From positions 5,010,001 through 5,042,000 of the forward strand of contig NZ_LN831024.1 in assembly GCF_001457615.1 (NCBI RefSeq): a DNA stretch of 32,000 nucleotides. The letters are read 5' to 3'. Positions within the stretch are counted from its first letter, which is position 1. Each line of letters starts with the position of its first letter. The notes beneath the pieces are model-generated. The model had not been told where the DNA came from. It saw only the letters and a program-made list of their open reading frames with translations, and searched no databases. Of the stretch, positions 22,659-30,967 are shown piece after piece. This stretch comes from Pseudomonas aeruginosa. GTDB lineage: Bacteria > Pseudomonadota > Gammaproteobacteria > Pseudomonadales > Pseudomonadaceae. A program made the position numbers and the translations under genes.

Positions 22659-23591
22659 CTAGCCCAGCGCGGTATCCAGCACCATCATCAGGCAGAAACC
22701 GAACACCAGGCCCAGCGTAGCCTCGGCGGCATGTCCCTGGCGGTGGGACTCGGGAATGATCTCGTGGGTGACCACGAAGAGCATCGCTCCCCCCGCGGCG
22801 GCCAGCCCCCAGGGCAGGAGCAGCGCGGAGAGGCCGACCAGCCAGGCGCAGAGCACCGCGAACAGCGGCTCGACCAGGCCCGACGCGGCACCGACCAGCA
22901 TCGCCTTGAAACGCGACATACCGACTCCGGCCAGCACCAGCGCCACCACCAGACCTTCCGGCACATCCTGCAGAGCGATGCCCAGGGCGAGGCCGTTCGC
23001 CTCGTCCAGGCCGGCACCGGCCGACACGCCAACCGCCATGCCTTCGGGGATGTTGTGCAGGACGATGGCCGTGACGAACAGCAGGATGCGCGGGGGAATG
23101 CCACCGGACAGTGGCGCGCCCTCGCAACCGGGATGGACGTCCGGCATCAGCCGGCCGAGGATGAACAGCCCCATCACGCCGACCGCCAGGCCGAAGCTGA
23201 CCAGGAACCCCGCGCCGAACTTCGAGTAGCCGAGGTCGCCGGCCGCGGATAGCGCCGGCATGATCAGCGAGAAGGCCGTCGCCGAGAGCATCACGCCGGC
23301 ACCGAAGCCCAGCAGCGCATCCGACAGGCGCGCCGGCATGGTCTTCACCACCAGCACCGGCATCGCCCCGAGAGCGGTACCGAAGGCACAGAGCAGGCCG
23401 CCTTTCAATGCCAGCACGATGGGCGCCGGCAGGTTGAGTTCGGCCAGCAACAGCGCGTGGCGGCCGAGCAGGTAGCCGCCGCCGATGAAGATCAGCAGGC
23501 CCAGCAGGTTGCGCAGCGTCCGCCCGTTACCTTCGGCGATGCCATGGAGCAACGCCTTCATCGCCGCACCGCCAGGCTGCCGGCCAGCCAT
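22659..23591 (-). CDS. ZIP-family (ZupT/GufA-like) divalent-metal transporter
   Basis: 310-aa polytopic ORF with the paired ZIP signatures LHNIPEGMAVG and LQDVPEGLVVAL. The start is uncertain: ATG at 23591, or ATG at 23561 (MKALLHG). It lies 18 nt downstream of sodM with no terminator between them. Confidence 0.85.
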   Translation of the reverse strand: MAGRQPGGAAMKALLHGIAEGNGRTLRNLLGLLIFIGGGYLLGRHALLLAELNLPAPIVLALKGGLLCAFGTALGAMPVLVVKTMPARLSDALLGFGAGVMLSATAFSLIMPALSAAGDLGYSKFGAGFLVSFGLAVGVMGLFILGRLMPDVHPGCEGAPLSGGIPPRILLFVTAIVLHNIPEGMAVGVSAGAGLDEANGLALGIALQDVPEGLVVALVLAGVGMSRFKAMLVGAASGLVEPLFAVLCAWLVGLSALLLPWGLAAAGGAMLFVVTHEIIPESHRQGHAAEATLGLVFGFCLMMVLDTALG

Positions 23592-23609
23592 CTCGCATCA
23601 CGGGTAACA

Positions 23610-24220
23610 CTAGGCCAGGGCTTGCGCATAGCGACGCGCGACCTCCCGCCAGTCGATCACGTTGTAGAAAGCGCCGATGTATTCCGGGCGGCGGTTCTGG
23701 TACTTCAGGTAATAGGCGTGCTCCCATACGTCCAGGCCGAGGATCGGCGTATTGCCGTTCATCAGCGGGCTGTCCTGGTTGCCGCTGCTCTCCACCAGCA
23801 AGCTGCCCTGGGGAGTCACGCTGAGCCAGGCCCAGCCGCTGCCGAAGCGGGTCAGCGCAGCCTTGGTGAACGCATCCTTGAACGCCTCGAAGCCCCGAGC
23901 TGCTCATCGATGGCCCGCCCCAGGTCGCCATCGGGACGGCCACCGCCCTGGGGCGACATCACGGTCCAGAACAGCGAGTGGTTGGCATGCCCACCGCCAT
24001 TGTTGACAACCGGGGTGCGCAGCTTCTCCGGCAGACCAGCCAGTTGCCGCAGCAGACTTTCCACCGGCTGCTCGGCATAGGGCGTGCCTTCCAGCGCGGC
24101 GTTCAGGTTGTTCACATAGGTCTGGTGGTGCTTGCTGTGGTGGATCTCCATGGTCAGCGCATCGATGTGCGGTTCCAGGGCATCGTAGGCGTAAGGCAAG
24201 GGCGGCAAGGCGTGGGGCAT
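23610..24220 (-). pseudogene. sodM: manganese superoxide dismutase gene with a -1 frameshift (as sequenced)
   Basis: The gene appears as two track pieces. Piece 23852..24220 reads [40 protein letters not shown]..., the SOD N-domain. Piece 23610..23819 reads ...[21 protein letters not shown], the SOD C-domain. The remaining frame between them reads [30 protein letters not shown], which is the missing conserved core. The span is 611 nt (3n-1). The shift maps to CCCC at 23893-23896 (GGGG on the coding strand, where L-G-G-F is expected). Confidence 0.85.
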
Positions 24221-24232
24221 GGAAACTCTCCG

Positions 24233-24682
24233 TCAGTGATAGCGAAGTGAGGGGGGCGGAGCGAGGAACTCGGGTCGGACCTCCGCGTTCGGCGGTCCCT
24301 TGAGCAGGCGCTCGGTGCGCGGATAGGCACCGTGTTCGCCGATGAACGACAGCAGTTCGACATAGGTGCGCCGGCTGTGATGCTGGGCCGCCTGGCGCAG
24401 GGCCAGCGGCAGCTTCTGGTCGGCGCTGACCCGCAACAGGCGCTCGTGGCAGGCGCACAGGTATTCTGCGGTCTCCTCCGGTTGCTCCAGTTGCAGGTGC
24501 AAGTCGGCCAGGTTGTGATGGGAAATCACGAACGCCATCACCGCCTCGTCGGCGTCGCCCCAGCGTTCCAGCAGCACCTGGGCCAGGGCCAGGGCATGGA
24601 GGTAGTGCTCACGCGCATCGATCAATGCGCCGGTGACGAAACAGCGGTTGCCCTGTTCGATCGTTCGTTGCCAATGACGCAT
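24233..24682 (-). CDS. uncharacterised protein of the Fur-regulated fumC-sodM operon (orfX / PA4469-like)
   Basis: 149 aa from the ATG at 24682 with a GGAGG SD (MRHWQRTIEQGNRCFVTGALIDAREHYLHALALAQ...). The sequence looks helical-repeat-like. I recognise no catalytic motif. The 38-codon upstream extension overlaps the fumC1 stop and is rejected. Confidence 0.7.
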   Translation of the reverse strand: MRHWQRTIEQGNRCFVTGALIDAREHYLHALALAQVLLERWGDADEAVMAFVISHHNLADLHLQLEQPEETAEYLCACHERLLRVSADQKLPLALRQAAQHHSRRTYVELLSFIGEHGAYPRTERLLKGPPNAEVRPEFLAPPPSLRYH

Positions 24683-24710
24683 GGCGGTACCTCCAAGTGG
24701 TGGGGCGGCC

Positions 24711-26087
24711 TCAGAGGCCGCCAGCCGTGAGTTTTTCCGGATCCAGCAACACCTCCAGGCGCGCACGGTCCAGATCGGTGTTTTCCAGCGCCACATCGAT
24801 GATCGGCCGTCCCTCGCGATAGGCCTGCTTGGCGATTTCCGCAGCCTTCTGGTAGCCGATGATCGGGTTCAGCGCAGTGACCAGGATCGGGTTGCGCGCC
24901 AACGCCTCGCTGAGCTTGCCCTGGTTGACCTTGAAGCTGGCGATGGCCTTGTCCGCCAGCAGCCGGCTGACGTTGGCCAGCAACTGGATGCTGTGCAACA
25001 GGTTGTCCGCCACCAGCGGCAGCATCACGTTCAGTTCGAAGTTGCCCGATTGGCCAGCGACGGCAATGGCGGCGTCATTGCCGATCACCTGGGCGGCGAC
25101 CATCGCGGTGGCCTCCGGGATCACCGGGTTGACCTTGCCGGGCATGATCGAGGAGCCTGGTTGCAGCGCTTCCAGCTCGATCTCGCCGAGCCCGGCAAGC
25201 GGCCCGGAGTTCATCCAGCGCAGGTCGTTGGCCAGCTTCATCAGGGTCACGGCCAGGGTCTTCAACTGGCCGGACGCAGCGACCGCGGTGTCCTGCGAAC
25301 CGATCAGGGCGAAGAAGTCGTCGCCGGGGCGGAACGCCAGCCCGGTCAGGTCGTTCAGCTCCTGGCTGAAACGTTCGGCGAACCGAGGATGGGCGTTGAT
25401 CCCGGTGCCCACCGCGGTGCCGCCCTGTGCCAACTGCTGCAAGGCAGGAAGTACGCTCTCGATGTGCACGCCGGCCTGTCGCACCTGCTGCGCCCAGCCA
25501 CCGAGCACCTGGCTCATGCGTACCGGCATCGCATCCATCAGGTGGGTGCGGCCGGTCTTCACATAGGCATGCACTTCGCCGGCCTTGCTCTGGATAGTCT
25601 GCTCCAGGTGGCGCAGCGCCGGCAGCAGGCGTTCGCTGATCTCGAGGGCGGCACTGATGTGGATGGTCGAGGGAATGATGTCGTTGCTGCTCTGCCCGCA
25701 GTTCACATGGTCGTTCGGATTGACCTTGCCGCCCAGGCGACGACTGGCCAGGGTCGCCACCACTTCGTTGGCGTTCATGTTGGAACTGGTGCCGGAGCCG
25801 GTCTGGAACACATCCACCGGGAAATGCTGCATGAAGTCCTCCTGCAGCAGTTGCAGGCAGGTCTCGGCGATCGCCTCGCCCATCGGTGCATCCAGTTGCT
25901 GCAGGGAGACGTTCGCCCGCGCCGCCGCGGCCTTGGCCAGCAGCAGGGCGCGGACGAAGGCCTGGGGCATGCGTTGGCCGCTGACCGGGAAGTTGTTCAC
26001 CGCGCGCTGGGTCTGGGCGCCATAGAGGGCGGTCGCCGGGACCGCCAGTTCGCCCATGCTGTCGCGTTCGATGCGGGTGTCAGTCAT
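24711..26087 (-). CDS. fumC1: class II (iron-independent) fumarate hydratase
   Basis: 458-aa ORF with the fumarate lyase signature GSSIMPGKVNP. It overlaps the fagA stop by 8 nt (ATGACTGA). Confidence 0.95.
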   Translation of the reverse strand: MTDTRIERDSMGELAVPATALYGAQTQRAVNNFPVSGQRMPQAFVRALLLAKAAAARANVSLQQLDAPMGEAIAETCLQLLQEDFMQHFPVDVFQTGSGTSSNMNANEVVATLASRRLGGKVNPNDHVNCGQSSNDIIPSTIHISAALEISERLLPALRHLEQTIQSKAGEVHAYVKTGRTHLMDAMPVRMSQVLGGWAQQVRQAGVHIESVLPALQQLAQGGTAVGTGINAHPRFAERFSQELNDLTGLAFRPGDDFFALIGSQDTAVAASGQLKTLAVTLMKLANDLRWMNSGPLAGLGEIELEALQPGSSIMPGKVNPVIPEATAMVAAQVIGNDAAIAVAGQSGNFELNVMLPLVADNLLHSIQLLANVSRLLADKAIASFKVNQGKLSEALARNPILVTALNPIIGYQKAAEIAKQAYREGRPIIDVALENTDLDRARLEVLLDPEKLTAGGL

Positions 26088-26475
26088 CTTGGTTTCCTTG
26101 TTGCGGGTGATCGAAGCTCATCGACGGCGCCAGGTCCTGCCTGGCCATTCGTACGGAGAGCTGGCGCAGCCGGCGTCGCTGGCTGCCGTTGGTGGTCAGT
26201 CGCTGAAGTTCGCAGAGGGGCCGGTAGGCGTAGTCGAGGCAGAGGCTGCGCCAGTGCCAGGGCAATATCGGATCGCGACCGGTATCGAGCAGGAGGTTGT
26301 AGGCTTTCTCGAACAGCGGCCAGGCGGCCACACCTTCCCAACCGGCGAGATAGCGCGCCTCGCCGAGGTACTGGTCGAGCAGGCGCGGTTCGTCGGGATC
26401 GAGCGCGCAGCGGATCTGCGTGCCCAGCCAGTACCAGTGATCCAATGCTTGCGGGTCGTGCGCCTCGAAGGACAT
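26080..26475 (-). CDS. fagA: Fur-associated gene product FagA (function unknown)
   Basis: 131-aa Trp-rich ORF (MSFEAHDPQALDHWYWLGTQ...LPWHWRSLCLDYAYRPLCELQ). It is the first gene downstream of the Fur box and is translationally coupled to fumC1. Confidence 0.8.
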   Translation of the reverse strand: MSFEAHDPQALDHWYWLGTQIRCALDPDEPRLLDQYLGEARYLAGWEGVAAWPLFEKAYNLLLDTGRDPILPWHWRSLCLDYAYRPLCELQRLTTNGSQRRRLRQLSVRMARQDLAPSMSFDHPQQGNQDD

Positions 26476-26491
26476 GGCAACCTCACCAGAC

Positions 26492-26510
26492 GATAATGAG
26501 ATTGATTATT
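26492..26510 (-). promoter_or_regulatory. Fur box in the fagA-fumC1-orfX-sodM promoter
   Basis: GATAATGAGATTGATTATT matches 14 of 19 positions of the consensus GATAATGATAATCATTATC when read on the minus strand. It begins 17 nt upstream of the fagA ATG, within the only AT-rich stretch of the spacer. Confidence 0.75.
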
Positions 26511-26575
26511 GTTTTCTTCTTGGCAAAAGACAAGCATGGTCCCCATAGAGGCGGACAATTGAACAGGCGGAAACG

Positions 26576-26604
26576 AAAACGCCAGCGACGAGCGCTGGCG
26601 TTTT
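26576..26604. terminator. rho-independent terminator downstream of pmbA
   Basis: AAAA-CGCCAGCG-ACGAG-CGCTGGCG-TTTT. The 8-bp stem is flanked by runs on both sides and lies 19 nt past the pmbA stop. Confidence 0.8.
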
Positions 26605-26622
26605 ATAGAGGGAAACCCGGCC

Positions 26623-27972
26623 TCAGCGCCCGGCCACCATCATCGACTCGACCAGTACAGAACCGGTATGCAGGTTGCCGCGCCGTTCGATGTCCTTGCC
26701 GACCGCGACGATACGGCGGAACAGGTCGCGCAGGTTGGCGGCGATGGTGACTTCCTGGACCGGGAACTGGATCTCGCCGTTCTCGACCCAGTAGCCGGCG
26801 GCGCCGCGGGAATAATCGCCGGTCACCAGGTTGACGCCCTGCCCCATCAACTCGGTGACCAGCAGGCCACGCCCCATCCTGCGTATGAGAGCGGCCTGGT
26901 CCTCGTCGCCATGGCTGACGAACAGGTTATGCACGCCGCCGGCGTTGGCCGTGCTCGGCAGGCCGAGCTTGCGCCCGGAATAGGTGCCCAGGACATAGGA
27001 CACCAGCTCGCCGTTCTCGACGAATGGCTTGGCATAGGTCGCCAGGCCGTCGCTATCGAAGCTGGCGCTGCCGAGCGCGCCGACCAGGTGCGGCCGCTCG
27101 TCGATGCTCAGCCACTCGGGAAACAGGCGCTGGCCCAGCGCGCCTTCGAGGAAGGATGACTTGCGATACAGGCTGCCGCCTGAGATCGCCCCGAGGAAAT
27201 GGCCGAACAGGCCAACAGCGATTTCCGGAGCGAACAGCACCGGCACTTCGGCGGTCTGCACCGGCCGCGCGCCCAGTCGGCTGGCGGCGCGCTCGGCGGC
27301 GCGCCGGCCGATCGACTCGGCGCTGGCCAAGGCCTCACCACGGCGGTTGACGTCATACCAATAGTCACGCTGCATCTGTCCTTCGCCCTCGGCGATCATC
27401 ACGCAGCTGAGGCTGTGCCGGGTGCTGGCGTAACCACCGATGAAACCGTGGCTGTTACCGTATACCCGGCAGCCCTGGTGGGTATTCAGGGTGGTGCCGT
27501 CGGCCTTGGTCACCCGCTTGTCGGCGGCGAACGCCGCTGCCTCGCAAGCCAGGGCACGTTCCACGGCCTGCTCGGGACTCAGGCTCCATGGATGATAGAG
27601 GTCCAGCTCGGGCAACTCGCGGGCCATCAACGCGGCATCGGCGAGACCGGCGCATTCGTCCTCGGAGGTATGGCGGGCGATCGCCAGCGCCGCCGCCACC
27701 GTCTCGCGGATGGCCGCCTCGCCGGTCGCCGAGGTGCTCGCCGAGCCCTTGCGCTGGCCTGCGTAGAGGGTGATGCCGAAACCTTGGTCACGGTTGAACT
27801 CGACGGTTTCCACCTCGCCCTGGCGCACGCTGGTGGACAGGCCCTGCTCCAGCGACACCGCCACTTCGCAGGCACTGGCGCCCTGGCGGCGGGCCTCGGC
27901 GATGATCTGCTCGACCTGCTCGCGAAGGTCCGGAAGCACGGAGGGACCGACTGCCGCGGCATGTAGACTCAT
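26623..27972 (-). CDS. pmbA: metalloprotease partner PmbA (TldE)
   Basis: 449-aa ORF of the PmbA/TldD family. It lacks the HExxxH motif, as expected for the TldE subunit. Confidence 0.92.
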   Translation of the reverse strand: MSLHAAAVGPSVLPDLREQVEQIIAEARRQGASACEVAVSLEQGLSTSVRQGEVETVEFNRDQGFGITLYAGQRKGSASTSATGEAAIRETVAAALAIARHTSEDECAGLADAALMARELPELDLYHPWSLSPEQAVERALACEAAAFAADKRVTKADGTTLNTHQGCRVYGNSHGFIGGYASTRHSLSCVMIAEGEGQMQRDYWYDVNRRGEALASAESIGRRAAERAASRLGARPVQTAEVPVLFAPEIAVGLFGHFLGAISGGSLYRKSSFLEGALGQRLFPEWLSIDERPHLVGALGSASFDSDGLATYAKPFVENGELVSYVLGTYSGRKLGLPSTANAGGVHNLFVSHGDEDQAALIRRMGRGLLVTELMGQGVNLVTGDYSRGAAGYWVENGEIQFPVQEVTIAANLRDLFRRIVAVGKDIERRGNLHTGSVLVESMMVAGR

Positions 27973-28070
27973 CTGTTGACTCTCCTGTTGACGTGGCCGC
28001 CCACGCGGCCGGGCCGGACAAGCGGCCCCTGACTCGTTATCATGGCGGCGTTTTCCACTGGACCACCACC

Positions 28071-28595
28071 ATGGCTGAATTTCACGACGACGACTCGCAA
28101 TTCGAAGAGAAGAGCAAGTCGCAGATCAAACGCGAGCTGCATGCCCTGCAGGACCTCGGCGAGCGCCTGACCACCCTGCAACCGCAGTTGCTGGAGCGCC
28201 TGCCGCTCACCGACCCGCTACGCAAGGCGCTGCTCGAGGCGCCGAAGCACAAGGCGCACATCGCCCGCAAACGGCATATCCAGTACATCGGCAAACTGAT
28301 GCGCGACCAGGACGTGGACGCCATCGTCGCCCTCATCGACCAGGTGGACTCCTCCACCCGCCAGTACAACGAACGTTTCCATGCCCTCGAACGTTGGCGC
28401 GACCAGTTGATCGCCGGCGGCGACGCAGCGCTCGACGCCTTCGTCGGGGAGTTCCCCGAGTGCGATCGCCAGCACCTGCGCGGCCTGGTCCGCCACGCCC
28501 AGCACGAGGCCGCGCACAACAAACCGCCGGCCGCCGCACGCAAAGTGTTCAAGTACATCCGCGAACTGGACGAAACCAAGCGCGGCCTGCGCTAG
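28071..28595 (+). CDS. yjgA: YjgA/DarP-family ribosome-associated protein (DUF615)
   Basis: 174 aa from the ATG at 28071 ([36 protein letters not shown]). It is divergent from pmbA, as in E. coli. The 26-codon upstream extension in the track is rejected. Confidence 0.82.
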   Translation: MAEFHDDDSQFEEKSKSQIKRELHALQDLGERLTTLQPQLLERLPLTDPLRKALLEAPKHKAHIARKRHIQYIGKLMRDQDVDAIVALIDQVDSSTRQYNERFHALERWRDQLIAGGDAALDAFVGEFPECDRQHLRGLVRHAQHEAAHNKPPAAARKVFKYIRELDETKRGLR

Positions 28596-28625
28596 GTTTC
28601 GCCGCGCCGGCGCCCGGGCCATGCC

Positions 28626-30068
28626 TCAGGCGCCGGTGCCGCCGACGGTGATCGCATCGATCTTCAGGGTCGGCTGGCCGACGCCGACCGGCACCGACTG
28701 ACCGTCCTTCCCGCAGGTTCCCACGCCACTGTCCAGGGCCAGGTCGTTGCCGACCATGGACACCCGGCTCATCGCTTCCGGACCGTTGCCGATCAGGGTG
28801 GCGCCTTTCACCGGGGTGGTGATCCTGCCGTTCTCGATCAGGTAGGCCTCGCTGGTGGAGAACACGAACTTGCCGCTGGTGATATCGACCTGGCCACCGC
28901 CGAGGTTGGCGCAGTAGATACCCTTCTCCACCGAGGCGATGATTTCCTGCGGATCGCTCTCGCCGGCCAGCATGTAGGTGTTGGTCATGCGTGGCATCGG
29001 CAGGTGCGCGTAGGACTCGCGGCGGCCGTTACCGGTGCGCGCCACACCCATCAGGCGGGCGTTGAGCTTGTCCTGCATGTAGCCCTTGAGCACGCCGTTC
29101 TCGATCAGCACGTTGCAGTTGCTCGGCGTGCCTTCGTCATCCACGCTCAGCGAGCCGCGACGCCCGGCCAGGGTGCCGTCGTCGACGATGGTGCACAGGC
29201 TCGAGGCGACCTTTTCGCCGACCCGGCCGCTGTAGGCGGAGCTGCCCTTGCGGTTGAAGTCACCCTCCAGGCCGTGGCCGACCGCTTCGTGGAGCAGGAC
29301 CCCGGACCATCCCGCGCCCATCACCACCGGCAGGGTGCCGGCCGGCGCGGGAATCGCCTCGAGGTTGACCAGCGCCTGGCGCAGGGCCTCGCGGGCGTAG
29401 CCCATGGCGCGATCCTCCTGGAGGAAATAGCGATAGTCGGTGCGACCGCCGCCGCCGTGGCCGCCGCGTTCACGTCGGCCGTTCTGTTCGACGATCACGC
29501 TGACGTTGAAACGCACCAGCGGACGAATGTCGGCGGCCAGAGAACCGTCGCTGGCCGCTACCAGGATCTGCTCCCAGACGCCGGCCATGCTCACCGTGAC
29601 CTGCTGGATGCGGGGATCGAGCGCACGGGTAGCGGCGTCGATCTGCTTCAGCAACTCGACCTTCTCGGCACGGCTGAGCACGTCCAGCGGGTTCTCGCCG
29701 GCGTACAGGCGAGCCGGCACCACGGCCTTGAACGCCTGCACGCTGCCGTTCTGCCCCGCACGGGAAATCGAACGGGCCGCCACCGCGGCCTGTTTCAACG
29801 CCTCGGCGGTGATCGCATTGCTATAGGCGAAGCCGGTCTTCTCGCCCGACTGCGCGCGTACCCCGACACCCTGGTCGAGATTGAAGCTGCCTTCCTTGAC
29901 GATGCCGTCCTCGAGCATCCACGACTCGGAGACCTGACTCTGGAAATACAGGTCGGCGGCATCGATGCCCGGGCCGTTCAGTTCATGAAGAATGCCGGGC
30001 AGGCTGTCCAGTTCCAGACCACCGGGGGCCAGCAATTGCTGGCTGACGGATGACAACAACTCGCTCAT
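28626..30068 (-). CDS. tldD: metalloprotease TldD
   Basis: 480 aa from the ATG at 30068 ([17 protein letters not shown]). The zinc motif [14 protein letters not shown] is present. The 80-codon Arg/Gly-rich extension in the track overlaps the upstream gene and is rejected. Confidence 0.93.
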   Translation of the reverse strand: MSELLSSVSQQLLAPGGLELDSLPGILHELNGPGIDAADLYFQSQVSESWMLEDGIVKEGSFNLDQGVGVRAQSGEKTGFAYSNAITAEALKQAAVAARSISRAGQNGSVQAFKAVVPARLYAGENPLDVLSRAEKVELLKQIDAATRALDPRIQQVTVSMAGVWEQILVAASDGSLAADIRPLVRFNVSVIVEQNGRRERGGHGGGGRTDYRYFLQEDRAMGYAREALRQALVNLEAIPAPAGTLPVVMGAGWSGVLLHEAVGHGLEGDFNRKGSSAYSGRVGEKVASSLCTIVDDGTLAGRRGSLSVDDEGTPSNCNVLIENGVLKGYMQDKLNARLMGVARTGNGRRESYAHLPMPRMTNTYMLAGESDPQEIIASVEKGIYCANLGGGQVDITSGKFVFSTSEAYLIENGRITTPVKGATLIGNGPEAMSRVSMVGNDLALDSGVGTCGKDGQSVPVGVGQPTLKIDAITVGGTGA

Positions 30069-30070
30069 AT

Positions 30071-30918
30071 TCACTCCGTACGCGCCGGCCGCGGTTCGGC
30101 CGGCGGGAAAAATCGTCTGTGCGCCACCACCGGCATGCGCCGGCGGATATCCGCCTGTTCTGCGGCGTCGCGCACCGCCAGCAGCACCGCTTCGCCCTGC
30201 GGCCGCTCGGCCAGGACCCGGCCCCAGGGATCGACGATGGCCGAATGGCCGAACGTCTCCCGGCCCCGTGGGTGAACGCCACCCTGTCCGGCCGCCAGCA
30301 GGTAGCACTGGGTCTCGATGGCACGGGCGCGGACCAGTACCTGCCAGTGCGCCGCGCCGGTCACCGCGGTGAACGCCGACGGCGCCGTGATCAGTTCCGC
30401 GCCGGCCTCGCGCAGGGCGGTATAGAGCTCCGGAAAACGCAGGTCGTAGCAGACCGTCAGGCCGAGGCGGCCGACCGGCGTATCCGCCACCACGATCTTC
30501 TGACCGAAAGCATAGTCGTCGGATTCACGATAGCGGCCCCGCGCATCGGCTACATCCACATCGAACAGGTGCAGCTTGTCGTAGCGGGCGACCCGCTCTC
30601 CGTGCTCGTCGATCAGCAGCGAACAGGCATTCGCCTTCGCCTCGGGTTGCCCATCCGGCGGCAGCGGCAACGTTCCGGCGACTATCCACAACCTGAGGTC
30701 GCGAGCGGCGGAATTCAACCACGGCAGGATAGGCCCGTTCCCCGCGCCTCGGCGCGCCCCAGTTCGGCCAGGTCGCGCCGGCCCATGGCGGCGAAGTTTT
30801 CCGGTAGCACGGCGAGCCGCGCCCCGCCCTCGGCGGCCTGTTCCAGCAGGCGACGGGCGGCGGCCAGGTTGGCCGTCACGTCGTCCTGGCTGACCATCTG
30901 GATCACGGCAATGGACAT
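30071..30918 (-). pseudogene. nitrilase-superfamily carbon-nitrogen hydrolase with a -1 frameshift (as sequenced)
   Basis: The gene appears as two track pieces. Piece 30715..30957 has its true start at ATG 30918 after AAGGAGG and reads MSIAVIQMVSQDD...LAVLPENF, carrying the catalytic Glu. Piece 30071..30718 carries RYDKLHLFD (Lys) and [12 protein letters not shown] (Cys). The second piece's frame, followed upstream to the shift site, reads NGPILPWLNSAARDLRLW. The span is 848 nt (3n-1). The shift lies near CCCC at 30740-30743. Confidence 0.8.
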
Positions 30919-30967
30919 GGTTTCCTCCTTGCGGACGAAAGCGCCGCGTCGCGGCACCGGGCGCCGC

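Noticed and set aside
23850-23900. Possibility that the sodM shift is programmed ribosomal frameshifting
   Set aside because: I see no slippery heptamer or downstream stimulatory structure, and no precedent known to me for recoding in SOD genes. A second gene in the window has the same homopolymer lesion, which points to mutation or sequencing error.
24681-26750. 689-aa plus-strand ORF running antisense through orfX, fumC1, fagA and into pmbA
   Set aside because: It crosses several real genes and an intergenic promoter. The product is Arg/Gly/Ala-rich and low in complexity, with no motif. It is explained by GC3 bias suppressing stop codons in the antisense frame.
30069-30308. 80-codon N-terminal extension of tldD (560-aa track ORF); similar extensions occur on murA, mlaF, kdsD, yjgA and orfX
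   Set aside because: The extensions overlap the upstream genes and are Arg/Gly/Pro-rich. They lack SD sequences, whereas the internal ATGs have good SDs and give family-typical lengths.
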